NCBI RefSeq assembly: GCF_036588685.1
Contig: NC_086376.1
Location: forward strand, 22,568,001-22,632,000
Direction of reading: 5' to 3'
Length of the DNA stretch: 64,000 nt
Origin: Mytilus trossulus
Lineage: Eukaryota
Below the pieces are notes generated by a model that did no database searches, had not been told where the DNA came from, and was given only the letters and a program-made list of their open reading frames with translations. A program made the position numbers and the translations under genes. Shown piece after piece: positions 1 to 12,194 of this stretch; position 1 is the stretch's first letter, and every line of letters begins with the position of its first letter.

Positions 1-1173
1 TGATTAATTCATAGAAAGTTTCACTATAAAATTCATAATAAAATATGAATGGTTTCAAAACAATATTTTTGCATTCAAACAACATTCTATCAATATATTT
101 TTCTAATTACAATCCCCTTGATACAATAAACAATATAAATTATTTGACCTATAAATGGAAATAACCTTTCAGCAAATATCAGGAAATAAGGCGCATAAAA
201 CTAATAATTAAAATGAATCACATTAAAATGTTGTATTCGAAGAGAATATGGTAAAATATAAAGGACTTTGTCATTTTCAACATTTAATAATATTTTGTTT
301 AAGTTATACTTTTTAAACAATTGACATAAAAGGATGTGATATGATGACCAATGAGACAGCTCTAAACCAAAGACCAAACGACGTAAAGGAATGAAACTAT
401 ATGTCACTCGAAATTTGAAAGTGTTTAAATAATATACTAGTTTGTTTTTCACGTAAAAAAAATTGTAGTCGCACGCTTCCTTGAATTTGAATTGCATTAT
501 GGGTACATTGTTTTGTAATTCCGGATGATGTACATAGAATGTGTTAGGTGTATGGTACAAAGATGTAACGTTAAATGACACGTGGTGTATTGTGTAATGT
601 TGTTGATGTGTGGTGAATGGTATGAATTAGTGTGGTGTAGAAAGAAGCTTACACATTTCAAGGACTGTAAAGCAACGGGCTAAGTTCACCTTATATTTAG
701 TTTTAAATTATTATCAAAAGGCCTTATATTTATATGAATAAGTTAAGACTCATTAATGATGATGATATGAAATGTCAAAAATACCTTTCCTCTATATAAG
801 ACACCTCAGTTGAAATCGTATCAAACCAATTAAACTTAAAAATAATAACAAAGTTGATGAGTCACTGTTTTATAATCAAACATTGCGAAAAGTTGTATAA
901 AAATTGTGCAAGTTTTTGCTATAAGCTATTTATGCAAATGTGTATGTGTCCATATCTGTATAACCTTTTGCTCTGAATAAATATATGCAGTAAATTGTAA
1001 GTTTTATTTAAAGCTACGCATTGAAAGCAAATTTATATTCATTTTGTGTGAAGCTATTAAAATTTTAAAAGTTAATTTAAAATGAGCCAAGAATACGATA
1101 GGCTTAAATAACTTATCAGTGTCAATGATTATGCACAGAGAATCATATTAAAAAGGTGGCTTCATAGAATAAA

Positions 1174-1281
1174 TAAAATCATCATAGATACCAGGGCTAA
1201 ATTAAGTATACGCCAGACGCGCGTTTCGTCTACAAAAGACTCATTAGTGACGCTCGAAACCAAAAAAGTTTAAAAGGCCAA
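1174..1281 (-). mobile_element. Retrozyme fragment with a mutated minimal hammerhead ribozyme
   Basis: The minus strand reads CGTCA CTAATGA GTC TTTTGTA GAC GAAA CGCGCG TC TGGCG (about 1252-1211). It is absent from the paralogous sites near 8725 and 32075. Confidence 0.75.
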
Positions 1282-2030
1282 AGAGAACACAGTAAAAGAT
1301 ACTTTATCATTTCAACGTTTAATAAAAAAAAAGTCTTGAAAACCATTAAACAATAAATCATATGTTGTACCATTTAATTCTGAAACAAATAAGATAAAAA
1401 AAAAGATGTGTTATTATTGTAAATGAGACGACTATCAATCAACAACAAACGACGTAAAAGTAAGACACTATAGGTCATTTTATGGCCTTCGTGCTAAATT
1501 TTTTAAATTATTGTTCAATACTTCTCGTCAACATATTGTTGAAGGAGTTATGAAGGGATAATTACAAATCAACAGCAGTTTAAGGCATTTGAATGTCACT
1601 TGACTTTCTAAAAATGTCAGCGGCTGTCATATATAAATAGACTTCATCATTATTATGACTTACATTTGTCATCAGTCACAAATGAATAAGAATATGATTA
1701 TTTATTACTTTGGGTTCACTATGACATCACTAATCCAAAATAGTGACGTTATGAAATGAACATAAGTAGTGACTAACTGTAGACATGTCCTTGCACAGTC
1801 TGTAGTAACTTTCATGATCGAAATGAGTATCTCGTACAAGTAAATGATGTTTCGTTTAATTTCACAAGCAGTTTTTTTTTGTCGTAAAAAAAGTCCAATT
1901 TTAGCACTTCTCCTCCAAGTATCCGTTATCAAGACCCTCTGTTGACTCAAGCCCATTTTTTTACCACTAAAATGTTTTCCATATATATTTTTATGTACAT
2001 GAATTATAAGATGTTTAAGGATAATTTTTT

Positions 2031-2872
2031 AAACGAAAGACGAAAGATACAAGAGGTACAGTCAAACTCGTATATGGAAAACAAACTGACAATGCCATGG
2101 CTAAAAATGAAAAGGACAAAAAGACAGACAATATCACACATGACACAACAAAGAAATCTAAAGAATATACAACACGAACCTCACCAAAAACTAAGGGTGA
2201 TCTTAAGTGCTCCGGAAGGGTAAGCAGATCCTACTCCACATGTGGCACCCGTCGTGTTGCTTTTCAAACCCGGTCAATAGTCTTCTTCGGTAGGTCACAT
2301 TTATGAAAGGGAAGGGGATTGTAGTTACGACGTAAGGAACATATCCGATATCATTTGTGAAACGGTTATTCCATAACGGTCAACCAACTCGTGATGGCGT
2401 ACGTAAAATTTACGAAGAGATGATCTCATCTTCACCATTTGGAACTCTTGATTTGATAGCTTCCTTGTGAGCAACAACCCTCAGTCAAGAAAATCATGAT
2501 AGGAAATATAAGCACGGGAATGTCGTATCAATTGGGAGATATATACACCGTATGCAGGTGCTGCTGGAATGTTGCTACTTATAAATGGAGAGTTCTCTCT
2601 CTCTTTTGTCGCCGAGTTTTGTTTTCAATCGACCCTCACTGTCAATTTCTAGATGTAAGTCAAGATATGAGGCCGGGTTTACTGTATCTGTTGTATCCTT
2701 TATCTCTAGTTCAATGGGATAGATGCATTCGACAAAATCACCAAATTTTGAATTATTTAGTGAAAGAACTTCATCTTTATAGCCGGGCTACAATTCGCTC
2801 CCATTGGAATGTCGATATTCTGTTGAAAAACACGTCCTCCGAACGTTCAGATATGTTGTCAATTAAAGTATG
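2031..2872 (-). mobile_element. Decayed Penelope-like retroelement 3' part (RT relic)
   Basis: Homologous to 32773-33720 with internal deletions. The minus strand encodes remnants of SNIPAAPAYGVYISQLIR. Confidence 0.65.
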
Positions 2873-4395
2873 AAAAGCTTCTTATTGTATTAGGGTTGGC
2901 TTGGCCAAATGCTGAGTTAGTACTTATGCCTCCCTGGTTTGATGATATGAACATTCCTGTAGCAAATGAATCCCAAAAACGCTTTAACGAACAAAATTAA
3001 AAAGTGTTCATTTCAATTAAGAATTGTGAAAATATACCATTGCATCTTAAGCAAAACCTGTGTTGCAGTTAATTTCCCACACTATTTCATTAATGTATCA
3101 ATGGTGATTCCATAAATATTCATGCATATCAAAATCTTATCTCTTAAACTGCATTGAAATACAATGTTTTAAAATCAATATAAAACTGGGGCCTTGCGGA
3201 TTGGCTATGTTCATTGATGAAGACCGTACGGTTACCTATACATGAATAAAGTCAAATCCATAAAACTCCGACGAAAATTCAAGTCTCTTATCAAAAGTAA
3301 ATTTCTATGGAATTTGGTCTTTTGAAGATAGCGGTCTCAATATCTAATATACCACATCTTCTTTGTTATTTGTAATTGATATCTCCTTCATAAATGTCAT
3401 ACGATTGAAAGGCATTTAAAAATCAATTCTAAGGCATCGGCTATTTCATAGAAATATTATCTAAAACTCATAACTAGATAGAACGGGTCAAAATATATTT
3501 TTCTATATAGGTAAATTTCATTTATATATTTTCGAGCTTATTATCACCTTAGTACATTCAGCAATTTAATTACATGAACTGTTATCAGTAAGTTTATAAA
3601 GCCAAAGTAAAGGTTACAATAAAAATGTATAAACATGTATGTCTGAAAAATGATAATGTGTGATAACAGTAACCTTTTCAGCTTTTAAAATTAAAATTAG
3701 GACTGTCTTTGATTATTTCATGAGAAATAAAACTTACAAAATACTTTTTTTTTCAATCACAAAAATTAATAAATGGATCATACCACAAATTCCAACCAAT
3801 TATGCATGTGTATTTGTGTGACCTCATAGCTGTACACAATAAATTATATACCCTTCTTAAATTCCCGCTCCATGTGCACATTAAACAGTAATTTTAATTG
3901 CACTTTTAAATGATCCTTAGATTGATAACAATACTCATAAGTTGAAAAAAAAACCTGATATTGCCCTTGGAAAAAAACATCCAAAAGACTCCGTAGAAAT
4001 TAAAATAAAAAGCAACAAAAATGCAAATGTAATCAATTGTGTTTAATAATTTTATAGACAGTTGTAGAAACGGTGCCAAGTACCAGAGTATCTGTCCTGA
4101 TATCAGCTAAATGTCAATACTACTTTTTGACCTTAAACTCAAGAATTCTATACATAAACTGTTACTATATAGTCTTATCACTCAAGTACAATTGTCTCCT
4201 TTCACGATGCAGTTTTGTAGGTATAATTCCTAACCAAAAATTCTTTAGTTCGTCAAAACAAATATGATAGTCTACGCTGATGACGTATACAAATTGTCTA
4301 ACATCTTTACTACTATCAGCAAAGCATTGCATTCAATTTGACAATTTTCAATCATTCAAAAGCTACAATTTTTCGTAAAGTGAGATAGATTGAAA

Positions 4396-5536
4396 TCACC
4401 AAGCAGAAAACCCTCTCTGTATTTTACAAGATGAATAAAAAGCTGAATTCGTTGTAGGTTTAAATGATGACGACGTACAGTATGTTGCTGGAGCAATAAA
4501 TGATTGTCCTGATAACGATTGTGAGACTGGAAAGAGTGAATCGCTTCCATATGACTGCATGGCTGCAGGAAATTGCGTTCTTGTCATTCCGAATGTTGAC
4601 ACAGGAGACAAAGAAATTTGATGTGAGAAGTGAGGTTTTGTATGCATAAGGGATCCTTTCATTGAGTATGGATATAATACAGTTGGCGATGATGTCATAG
4701 GTACATATTCATTATTATGTCGTGCGTAGAATTGATTAGATGAGCCATCGACAGTTTTTACAGAACTTTTTCTTGCTCTTCGTCTTGCATTTCGACGCCT
4801 GAAGTCTCCTTTTGCAAAATCCATGCAATACATGCTAAGTGAATTGACCAGTAGTTGCCTTTGCCGTTATCAGACCGGCCACTTTTCACGAAACATTCGT
4901 TGAGAGAAAGATTATGTCGTATGCTGTTCCTCCATGCTTTTTCTTTGTTATTGTAGAAGGGGAAATTATCCATTATGTATTGATATATATCATTTAGTAA
5001 TAGTTTCTTACTCGGTTTACTCAGTATTGCCATCGAAATCATAGCGATGTACGAGTGTGATGGCTTCTTTTCGGTGGTACTTGAAGACAAGATATCCTTG
5101 ATTGATCTGTCTAACGATATCTGAACCTACAAAAATAAACAGAAATGTTATAGAAAATTACCAAATACAAAATATATAAGAAATAAAAAGAAAGGGATAA
5201 ATATTAAAAATAACGATGATATTAATGAGTATCATTATCAATATTGACATTTTGCAACAAATAAACTTGAGCCGTTGATTTGCTTATTGTTCAATTCATA
5301 AACTTCTTTTTTTTAATATAGTAAAAGATTCCTCAAACAATTTAAAGATATTTTCATTTAAAAATATAACATACCTGTGCAATAGATTCATCACTGTCAC
5401 TGTGGTTACTTTCGCTTTCACTTGTATATAGTGACGGTGTCCACAATTCATCCCCATCGCTGGAGAAAGAATCTCTTTTTACTCTTTCTGTTCGTCCACT
5501 GTTCAAGAAGTGAATGCTTAAATGTGAATTATTCAT
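4396..5536 (-). pseudogene. FoxQ2: FoxQ2-class forkhead gene copy 1, frameshifted (exon 1 5536-5375, exon 2 5126-4396)
   Basis: Exon 2 is 731 nt against 729 in intact copies. At 4823-4825 the sense strand reads ATTGCATGGAT instead of ATTGAGGAT (net +2), shifting frame after ..WSIHLACI, with a stop at 4758-4760. This is the most divergent C-terminus in the array. Confidence 0.85.
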
Positions 5537-5579
5537 GACTCTAAAATTTATTGTAGCAATCGTGTTGAGAAAAGATTAC

Positions 5580-5676
5580 AGAATGATTTATACTGTTGGC
5601 GTTACAGAATATATACCAGCAAACCTGTTATTTTTCACAGTTTTGAGTCACGTGAACTTATTCAAATGGCATTGTT
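5580..5676 (-). promoter_or_regulatory. Core promoter of copy 1, repeated upstream of all 13 copies
   Basis: On the minus strand, TATATATT starts at 5615, 31 nt before the A of an Inr-consensus TCATTC (5584). Also GTCACGTGA E-box (5647-5655) overlapping TGAGTCA, and CATTGT Sox-like site (5670-5675). The same arrangement and spacing occur in every copy. Confidence 0.7.
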
Positions 5677-7580
5677 TTTAAATTAACGGGTCATTTTGTT
5701 GAATGAAAAATATGTTGACAGTTGGGAGTACAATTAGTATTTATAATTATCTAAAATATTTTGTTTGAAAATATTAATACATATAATACCAAAAGTAACG
5801 TCATCAAGAGCACAAAATGGAAGAAGAATCTATAAAATATAAAAAAAGGGAAAAAAAAACACAGAAAAAAATTAGCCACCTCACAAATAGTGGCATAAAC
5901 GAACGACCTAAGGTTGACGAACTTGCAAGAACTTTAAAGGAATTATGCAGAACACATTTACATTGCCAGACACATCTTTTACATTATGGACCTTTTATCT
6001 TAACCTAGTCAGCAATACTGCATGATTATTAGTCAATTAGTGTATTATCCGCCCAATATCTCAGTTTCAGTAGACTATGTTCCTGCTTTTTTTCAGTGTC
6101 AGTTTTAATGTACTTATTACAGAATTAAGGTTGCAAGACCTTAATTAAAGTTGTCCTTTTGATGATTTTGTAATCTCTTTTTTTTTTTATCATTACTGTC
6201 AAATGTTTCATATCAATTTGCTCCTAAAAATGTATTGATGATTGTTTCTGATGGATTTATTCAGAGAACACATGATGTGGACATAAACACAATATCATTC
6301 GTTTTTATACCTCATACTCATTTACGTTTGTGGTGATGTCTGATACCATATGTAGAATTCTATTACCTTTATTTAGTAAGGAATTATAAATGTGATTAAG
6401 AACTAACCAACTGATAACGACCCACCATTATTGTATAAATAGGTGTTGCTCGTTTGTAATCTTATCAACCGAAACTAACGTTCTCCGATGAGTATATATA
6501 TGAATATATATTAATAGGAAATTACAAATCTGTCCATAATAGTATTTGCACTGATTAATTCATAGCAATTTTCACTATCAAATTCCTATTGAAATATGAA
6601 TGGGTTCAAAACAATATTGTTTCCTTCAAACAACATTCCAAAAATATATTTTTCTGTTTACGATCATTTTTAAACAATTAACAATGTAAGCAATTTGCAA
6701 GCCCTATAGATATAAATGACCTTTCGACAAATACAAGGTATTAAGGCTCTCTAAATTTACTGATTTGATGTTCCTCTCAACTAATATTACATGCAGTGAA
6801 CGACAAAACACAGTATAACTTAAATGATATTAAAAAGTGCAAAAAATCAAATAAATAGTCAGATGGTAATGTTTTAACTTGCTTAGTTTGTCAGTAATTT
6901 TTAGTGAATTTGTTTTTTTAAATTCTTGCGGAAGGTATAACGTGTTGTTTACGCAATACTTAATCAATTCTGTATTGTGGTTTTATCATACGTCGTTGTC
7001 CTGGTAAAAATGGTGCGTTCGGCAATCATATATTTTGAAAATTAGAAAACAATCGATATACACTGTAAAGAAAAGTGCAATATCAAGAGAAGAATTTAAT
7101 TCGTGTGTTGAACTTTTCAGTTATTAAGACTAATTTGAGAGAAGAAGAGAATATATTTTAGGACTATTTTTAAAATGTTGCCTTATAAGGGTGTATATTG
7201 ACAATCCTACCACATCTTCTTTTTTATATACAGCTCAGGTAATGTAATATTTAAAAAGAAATGTGTTATACATTTAACAATTGTGTTTTGTAGCAGGAAA
7301 AACTAATCCCGTGACCCCTTATTTTGTTTATATTTTCGTAAATCACTTTAAAAAGGTTTACATTTTAAATTTTGTATTTAGATTTTGTTCTTTTTCACAT
7401 ATTTGTGTTTTTCGTGTTTCATCTATTCAAGTTATATAGATATAAATACAGACCTCTCTCTTATTCAATATAACTCAGAAGTAAACTGACTGATAACATA
7501 TAGCTGCAAAAAATATGTTTAAAAAATTCCAACCTTATTGTTCTTTTTTTAACTTTGGAACTGGAAAGTTTTATGTCCAA

Positions 7581-7900
7581 AAAGTAAAATCACAAAAATA
7601 CTGAACTCAGAGGAAAATCAATTAGGAAAGTCTATAATCACACGGCAAAATAAAATAACAAAACGCATCAAAAACGAATGGACAAGAACTGTCATATTCC
7701 TGACTTGGTACAGGCTTTTTCAAATGTAGAAAATGGTATATTAAAATCTATAGCGCTAATCCTCTCACTTTAATAACAATCTCATCAAATTCCGTTATAT
7801 TTACATGATGCGTTAAATAAACAGTCACAATTAATAAAATAGTCAAAATATGGGTACATCAGTCATCATCGTATAACAATTTTAAAAGGGGACAATTTAA
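7581..7900. mobile_element. 320-bp interspersed-repeat insertion with a probable 5-bp TSD
   Basis: Flanked by TCCAA at 7576-7580 and 7901-7905. The paralogous empty site near 31255 has a single TCCAA. Confidence 0.6.
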
Positions 7901-9469
7901 TCCAAGCGACACCTGTCTTATCCATGAAATGTTCATGCTCTCCGGCATTTGAATGTGTTTAAATGATATACTTGTTTGTTTTTCAAGTAAATAAATAATT
8001 TTATAGTCGCACACTTTCTTTGAATTTATATTGCATTATGGGTAATTCCAGATGATGTATATAGAATGTGTAAGGTGTATGGTACAAAGGTGTAACGTTA
8101 AATGACACAGGGTATACGGTGTAATGTTTTTGTGGTATGTGGTGAATGGTATGCATGGGTATGGTGATAGTAAAAAGTTTAAACACTCCAAGGACTGTAA
8201 AACCACAGACTACGTTCACCTTATATTTCATTCTTAAATGTTGAATAAAAGACACTATATTTATTTTTAATAAGTTGAAACTCATTTTAGGTTTATGATT
8301 TGAAATGTCAAAAATATCTTTCCTCTATATAAGACACATCAGTTGAAATCGTATCAAACCAGTTAAATCCAAAAATAATAACAAAGTTGACGAGTCACTG
8401 TTTTATGATCAAACATTGCGAAAAGTTGCATCAAAATTGTGCAAGATTTTGCTTTAAGCACTTTATGCAAATGTGTATGTGTCCATTTCTGTTTAACCTT
8501 TTGATCTGAATAAATATATGCAGTTAATTGTAAGTTTTATTTAAAGGTACGCATTGAAAGCAAATGTATATTCATTTTGTGTGAAGCAATTAAAATTTTA
8601 ACAAGTTTATTTAAAATGAGCCAGAAATACGTTAGGCTTTAATTACAAATATGTGCCAATGATTATGCACAGAGAATAAATTACTTAAAACGAATCATAT
8701 TAAAATGTTGGATTCATAGAATAAAGGGAGCATAGACAAAAATACTTATCATTTCAACGTTTAATAAAAAAGGTCGTGAAAACCATTAAACAATAAGTCA
8801 TATGTTGTACCATTTAACACTGAAACAAAGAAGATAAAAACGATGTGATATTTTTGCAAATAACACAACTATCAACCAAAACCAAACGACGTAACAGTAA
8901 GAAACTACAGGTCACTCTTTGGCCTTCGTGCTAATTTTTTAAATTTTTGTTCAATACTACTCGTCAACATATTGTTGAAGGTGTTATGAAGTGATAAAGT
9001 ACAAATCAACAGTAATTTGAGGCATTTGAATGTCACTCGACTTTCTCAGAATGTCAGCGGCTGCCATATATATATAGACTTCATCATCATTATGACTTAC
9101 ATTTGTCATCAGTCACAAATGATTAAGAATATAATTATTTATTACATTGGTTCACTATGACACCACTAGTTGAAAATAGTGACGTTATGAAATGAACATT
9201 AGTAGTGAATAGTTGTAGACATGTACGTATGCAGTGTGTAGTAATTTCATGATCAAAATGAGTGTCTCGTACAAGTAAATACTGTTTCGTTTACTTTCAC
9301 AAGTTTAATTCTGTTGTAAAAAATAGTGCAATTTTAGCACTTCTCCTCCAAGTATCCATTATCAAGACCCTCTGTTGACTCAAGCCCATTATTGTTTAGT
9401 ACCACTAAAATGTTTTCCCTAAGTGTTTTTATGTACATGTGAATTATGAGAAGTATAAGGGTAATTCTT

Positions 9470-10685
9470 TAATAGAGGTACGAAAGATACAAGAGGGACA
9501 GTCAAACTTGTAAATCGAAAATAAACTGATAACGCCACGGCTAGTATGAAAAGGACAATCACGCAAACAAATAGCACACATGACACAACATTGAAAACTA
9601 TAGAATATACAACAAGAACCCCACCAAAAACTAGGGTGATTTCAGGTGTTCAGGAAGGGTACGCAGATCATGTTCCACATGTGGCACCCGTCGTGTTGCT
9701 TATAAAATCCGGTAAATAGTCAAATTCGGTAGGTCACATTTATGAAATGGAAGGGGGATTGTAGTTACGACGTAAGGAAAATATCCGATATCATTTGTGA
9801 AACGGTTATTCCATTACGGTCAATCAACTCTTGATGGCGTCCGTAAATTTTACAAAGAGATGATTTCAACTTCACCATTTGGAACTCTTGATTTAATAGC
9901 TTCCTTGTGAGCAACAACCATCTATCAAGAAAATCGTGATAGGAAATACAAGCACAGTAATATCGTATCAATTTGGAGATATAAACACCATATGCAGGTG
10001 CTGCTAAAATGTTGCTACTTAGAAATGGAAATTTCACAATAGAAAATCATTTCTTTTGTCGTAGAGTTTTGTTTTCAATCTCCCCTCATTGTCAATTTCT
10101 AGATGTAAGCCAAGATCTAATGCCGACTTTACTGTATCTGTTGTATCCTTTATCTCTAGTTCAATGGGATAGATGCATTCGACATAGTCACCAAATTTTG
10201 AATTATTTAGTAAAAGAACATCATCTAAATAGTGTAAAGAAGAATTTTTGACCTACCAAATTAGACTTTTTACCGGATTTGTAATCACATAAGCAACACG
10301 ACGGGTGCCGCATGTGGAACAGGATCTGCTAACCCTTCCGGAGCACCTCATATCACCCCTAGTTTTTGGTGGGGTTCGTGTTGTTTATTCTTTAGTTTTC
10401 TATGTTTTGTCATGTGTACTATTGTTTTTCTGTTTGTCTTTTTCATTTTTAGCCATGGCGTTGTCAGTTTGTTTTAGATTTATGAGTTTGACTGTCCCTT
10501 TGGCATCTTTTGTCCCTCTTTTAAAGGATATTGCTAACTTTTTATCTTTCTTTCTTATAATTTCCTATATGGAGCCAGCCTCATAATAATAAAGAAATAA
10601 GTCGGTAAGAAGAGGGGCACCATTTTTTCCCATTGGAATGCCGATAGTCCTCCGAACATAACAAATATGTTGTCAATTAAAGAAT
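9470..10685 (-). mobile_element. Decayed Penelope-like retroelement with a nested inverted copy of its own 3' tail (10250-10524)
   Basis: ORF 9765-10037 reads FPFLSSNILAAPAYGVYISKLIRY. 10250-10524 is the reverse complement of about 9470-9738. Confidence 0.68.
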
Positions 10686-12194
10686 GTTTAGTTTCACATT
10701 GTAATAGGGTTGGCTTGGCCAAATGCTACGTTAGTATGTATGCCTCCCTGGTTTGATGATATGAGCATTCCTGTAGCAAAAGAATCCCGAAAACTCTTTA
10801 ACGTACAAAACTAAGAAAGAGTTAATTTTAATTAAAAATTGTGAAAATATACCATTGCATCTTAAGCAAAACCTTTGTTGCAGCTAATTTCTCACACTAT
10901 TTCGTTGATGAATCAATGATGATTCCATAAGTATCCATGCATATCAAAACCTAATCTCTTAAGCAGCATTAAAATACAATGCTTTAAAAGCAATATAAAA
11001 CTGGGGCCTTGCGGATTGGCTCTGTTCATTGATGAAGGCCGTACGGTGACTTGTACATGAATAAAATAAAACCACAAAAAACTCCGACGAAAATTCAAGC
11101 TTAAGTCCCTAATCAAATGCAATTTCTGTGTCATTTGGTCTTTTGAAGATAGCGGTCTCAATGTCTATTATACCACATCTTTTTTTGCTATTTGTAATTA
11201 ATATCTCCTTAATAAATGTCATACGATTGATAGGCATTTAAAAATCAATTATAAAGCATCAGCTATTTCATAACAAGCTAGAACGGGTCAAAATATATTT
11301 TTCTATAAAACTAAATTTCATAAATATATTTTCAAGCTTATTATCACCTGAATACAGTTAGCAATTTAATAACATGAACTGTTATTAGTAAGTTTATAAA
11401 GCCAAATTAAAGGTTACAATAAAAATGTATAAACATGTATGTCTGAAAAATGATAATGTGTGATAACAGTAACCTTTTCAGCTTTTAAAATTAAAATTAG
11501 GGCTGTCTTTGATTATTTCATGAGAAATAAAACCTATAAAATACTTTTATTTTTCAATCACAAAATTCAATAAATGAATCATACCACAAATTCCAACCAA
11601 TTATTCATGTTTATTTTCATGCCCTTATAGCTGTACACAATAAAGTGTATGCCCTTTTAAAATTCCCGCTCCATGTGCACACTAAATAGTAATTTTAATT
11701 GCACTTTTAAATGAACCTTAGATTGATAACAATACTCATCAGTTGAAAAAAAACTGATATTGCCCTTGGAAAAAAACATCCAAAAGACTCCGTAGAAATC
11801 AAAATAAAAAGCAACAAAAATGCAAATGTAATCAATTGTGTTTAATAATTTTATAGACAGTTGTAGAAACGGTGCCAGGTACCAGAGTATCTGTTCTGAT
11901 ATCAGCTTAATATCAATACCATGTATTGACCTTAAACTCAAGAATTCTATACATAAACTGTTACTATATAGTCATATCACTCAAGTACAATTGTGTCCTT
12001 TCACGATGCAGTTTTGTAGGTATAATTCCAAAACAAAAAGTCTTTAGTTCGTCAAAACAAATATGTTAGTCTACGCTGATGACGTATACAAATTGTATAG
12101 TATCTTCACTAAGCTTTATCAAACACTTAATTTTCAATTATTCAAAAGCAGCAAAATCTTAAACCAACACTTGGTAATGTGGGATAAGATTTAA

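Noticed and set aside
2496-2873. Plus-strand ORFs over the retroelement relics (also 1942, 2097, 10009, 10305, 32851)
   Set aside because: Antisense or UTR-derived frames of a decayed RT element with no independent coding signal.
5121-5123. Alternative in-frame acceptor CAG 6 nt downstream of the TAG acceptor
   Set aside because: It is mutated to CAA in copies 8 and 10 while the TAG acceptor is invariant, so TAG is the better-supported site.
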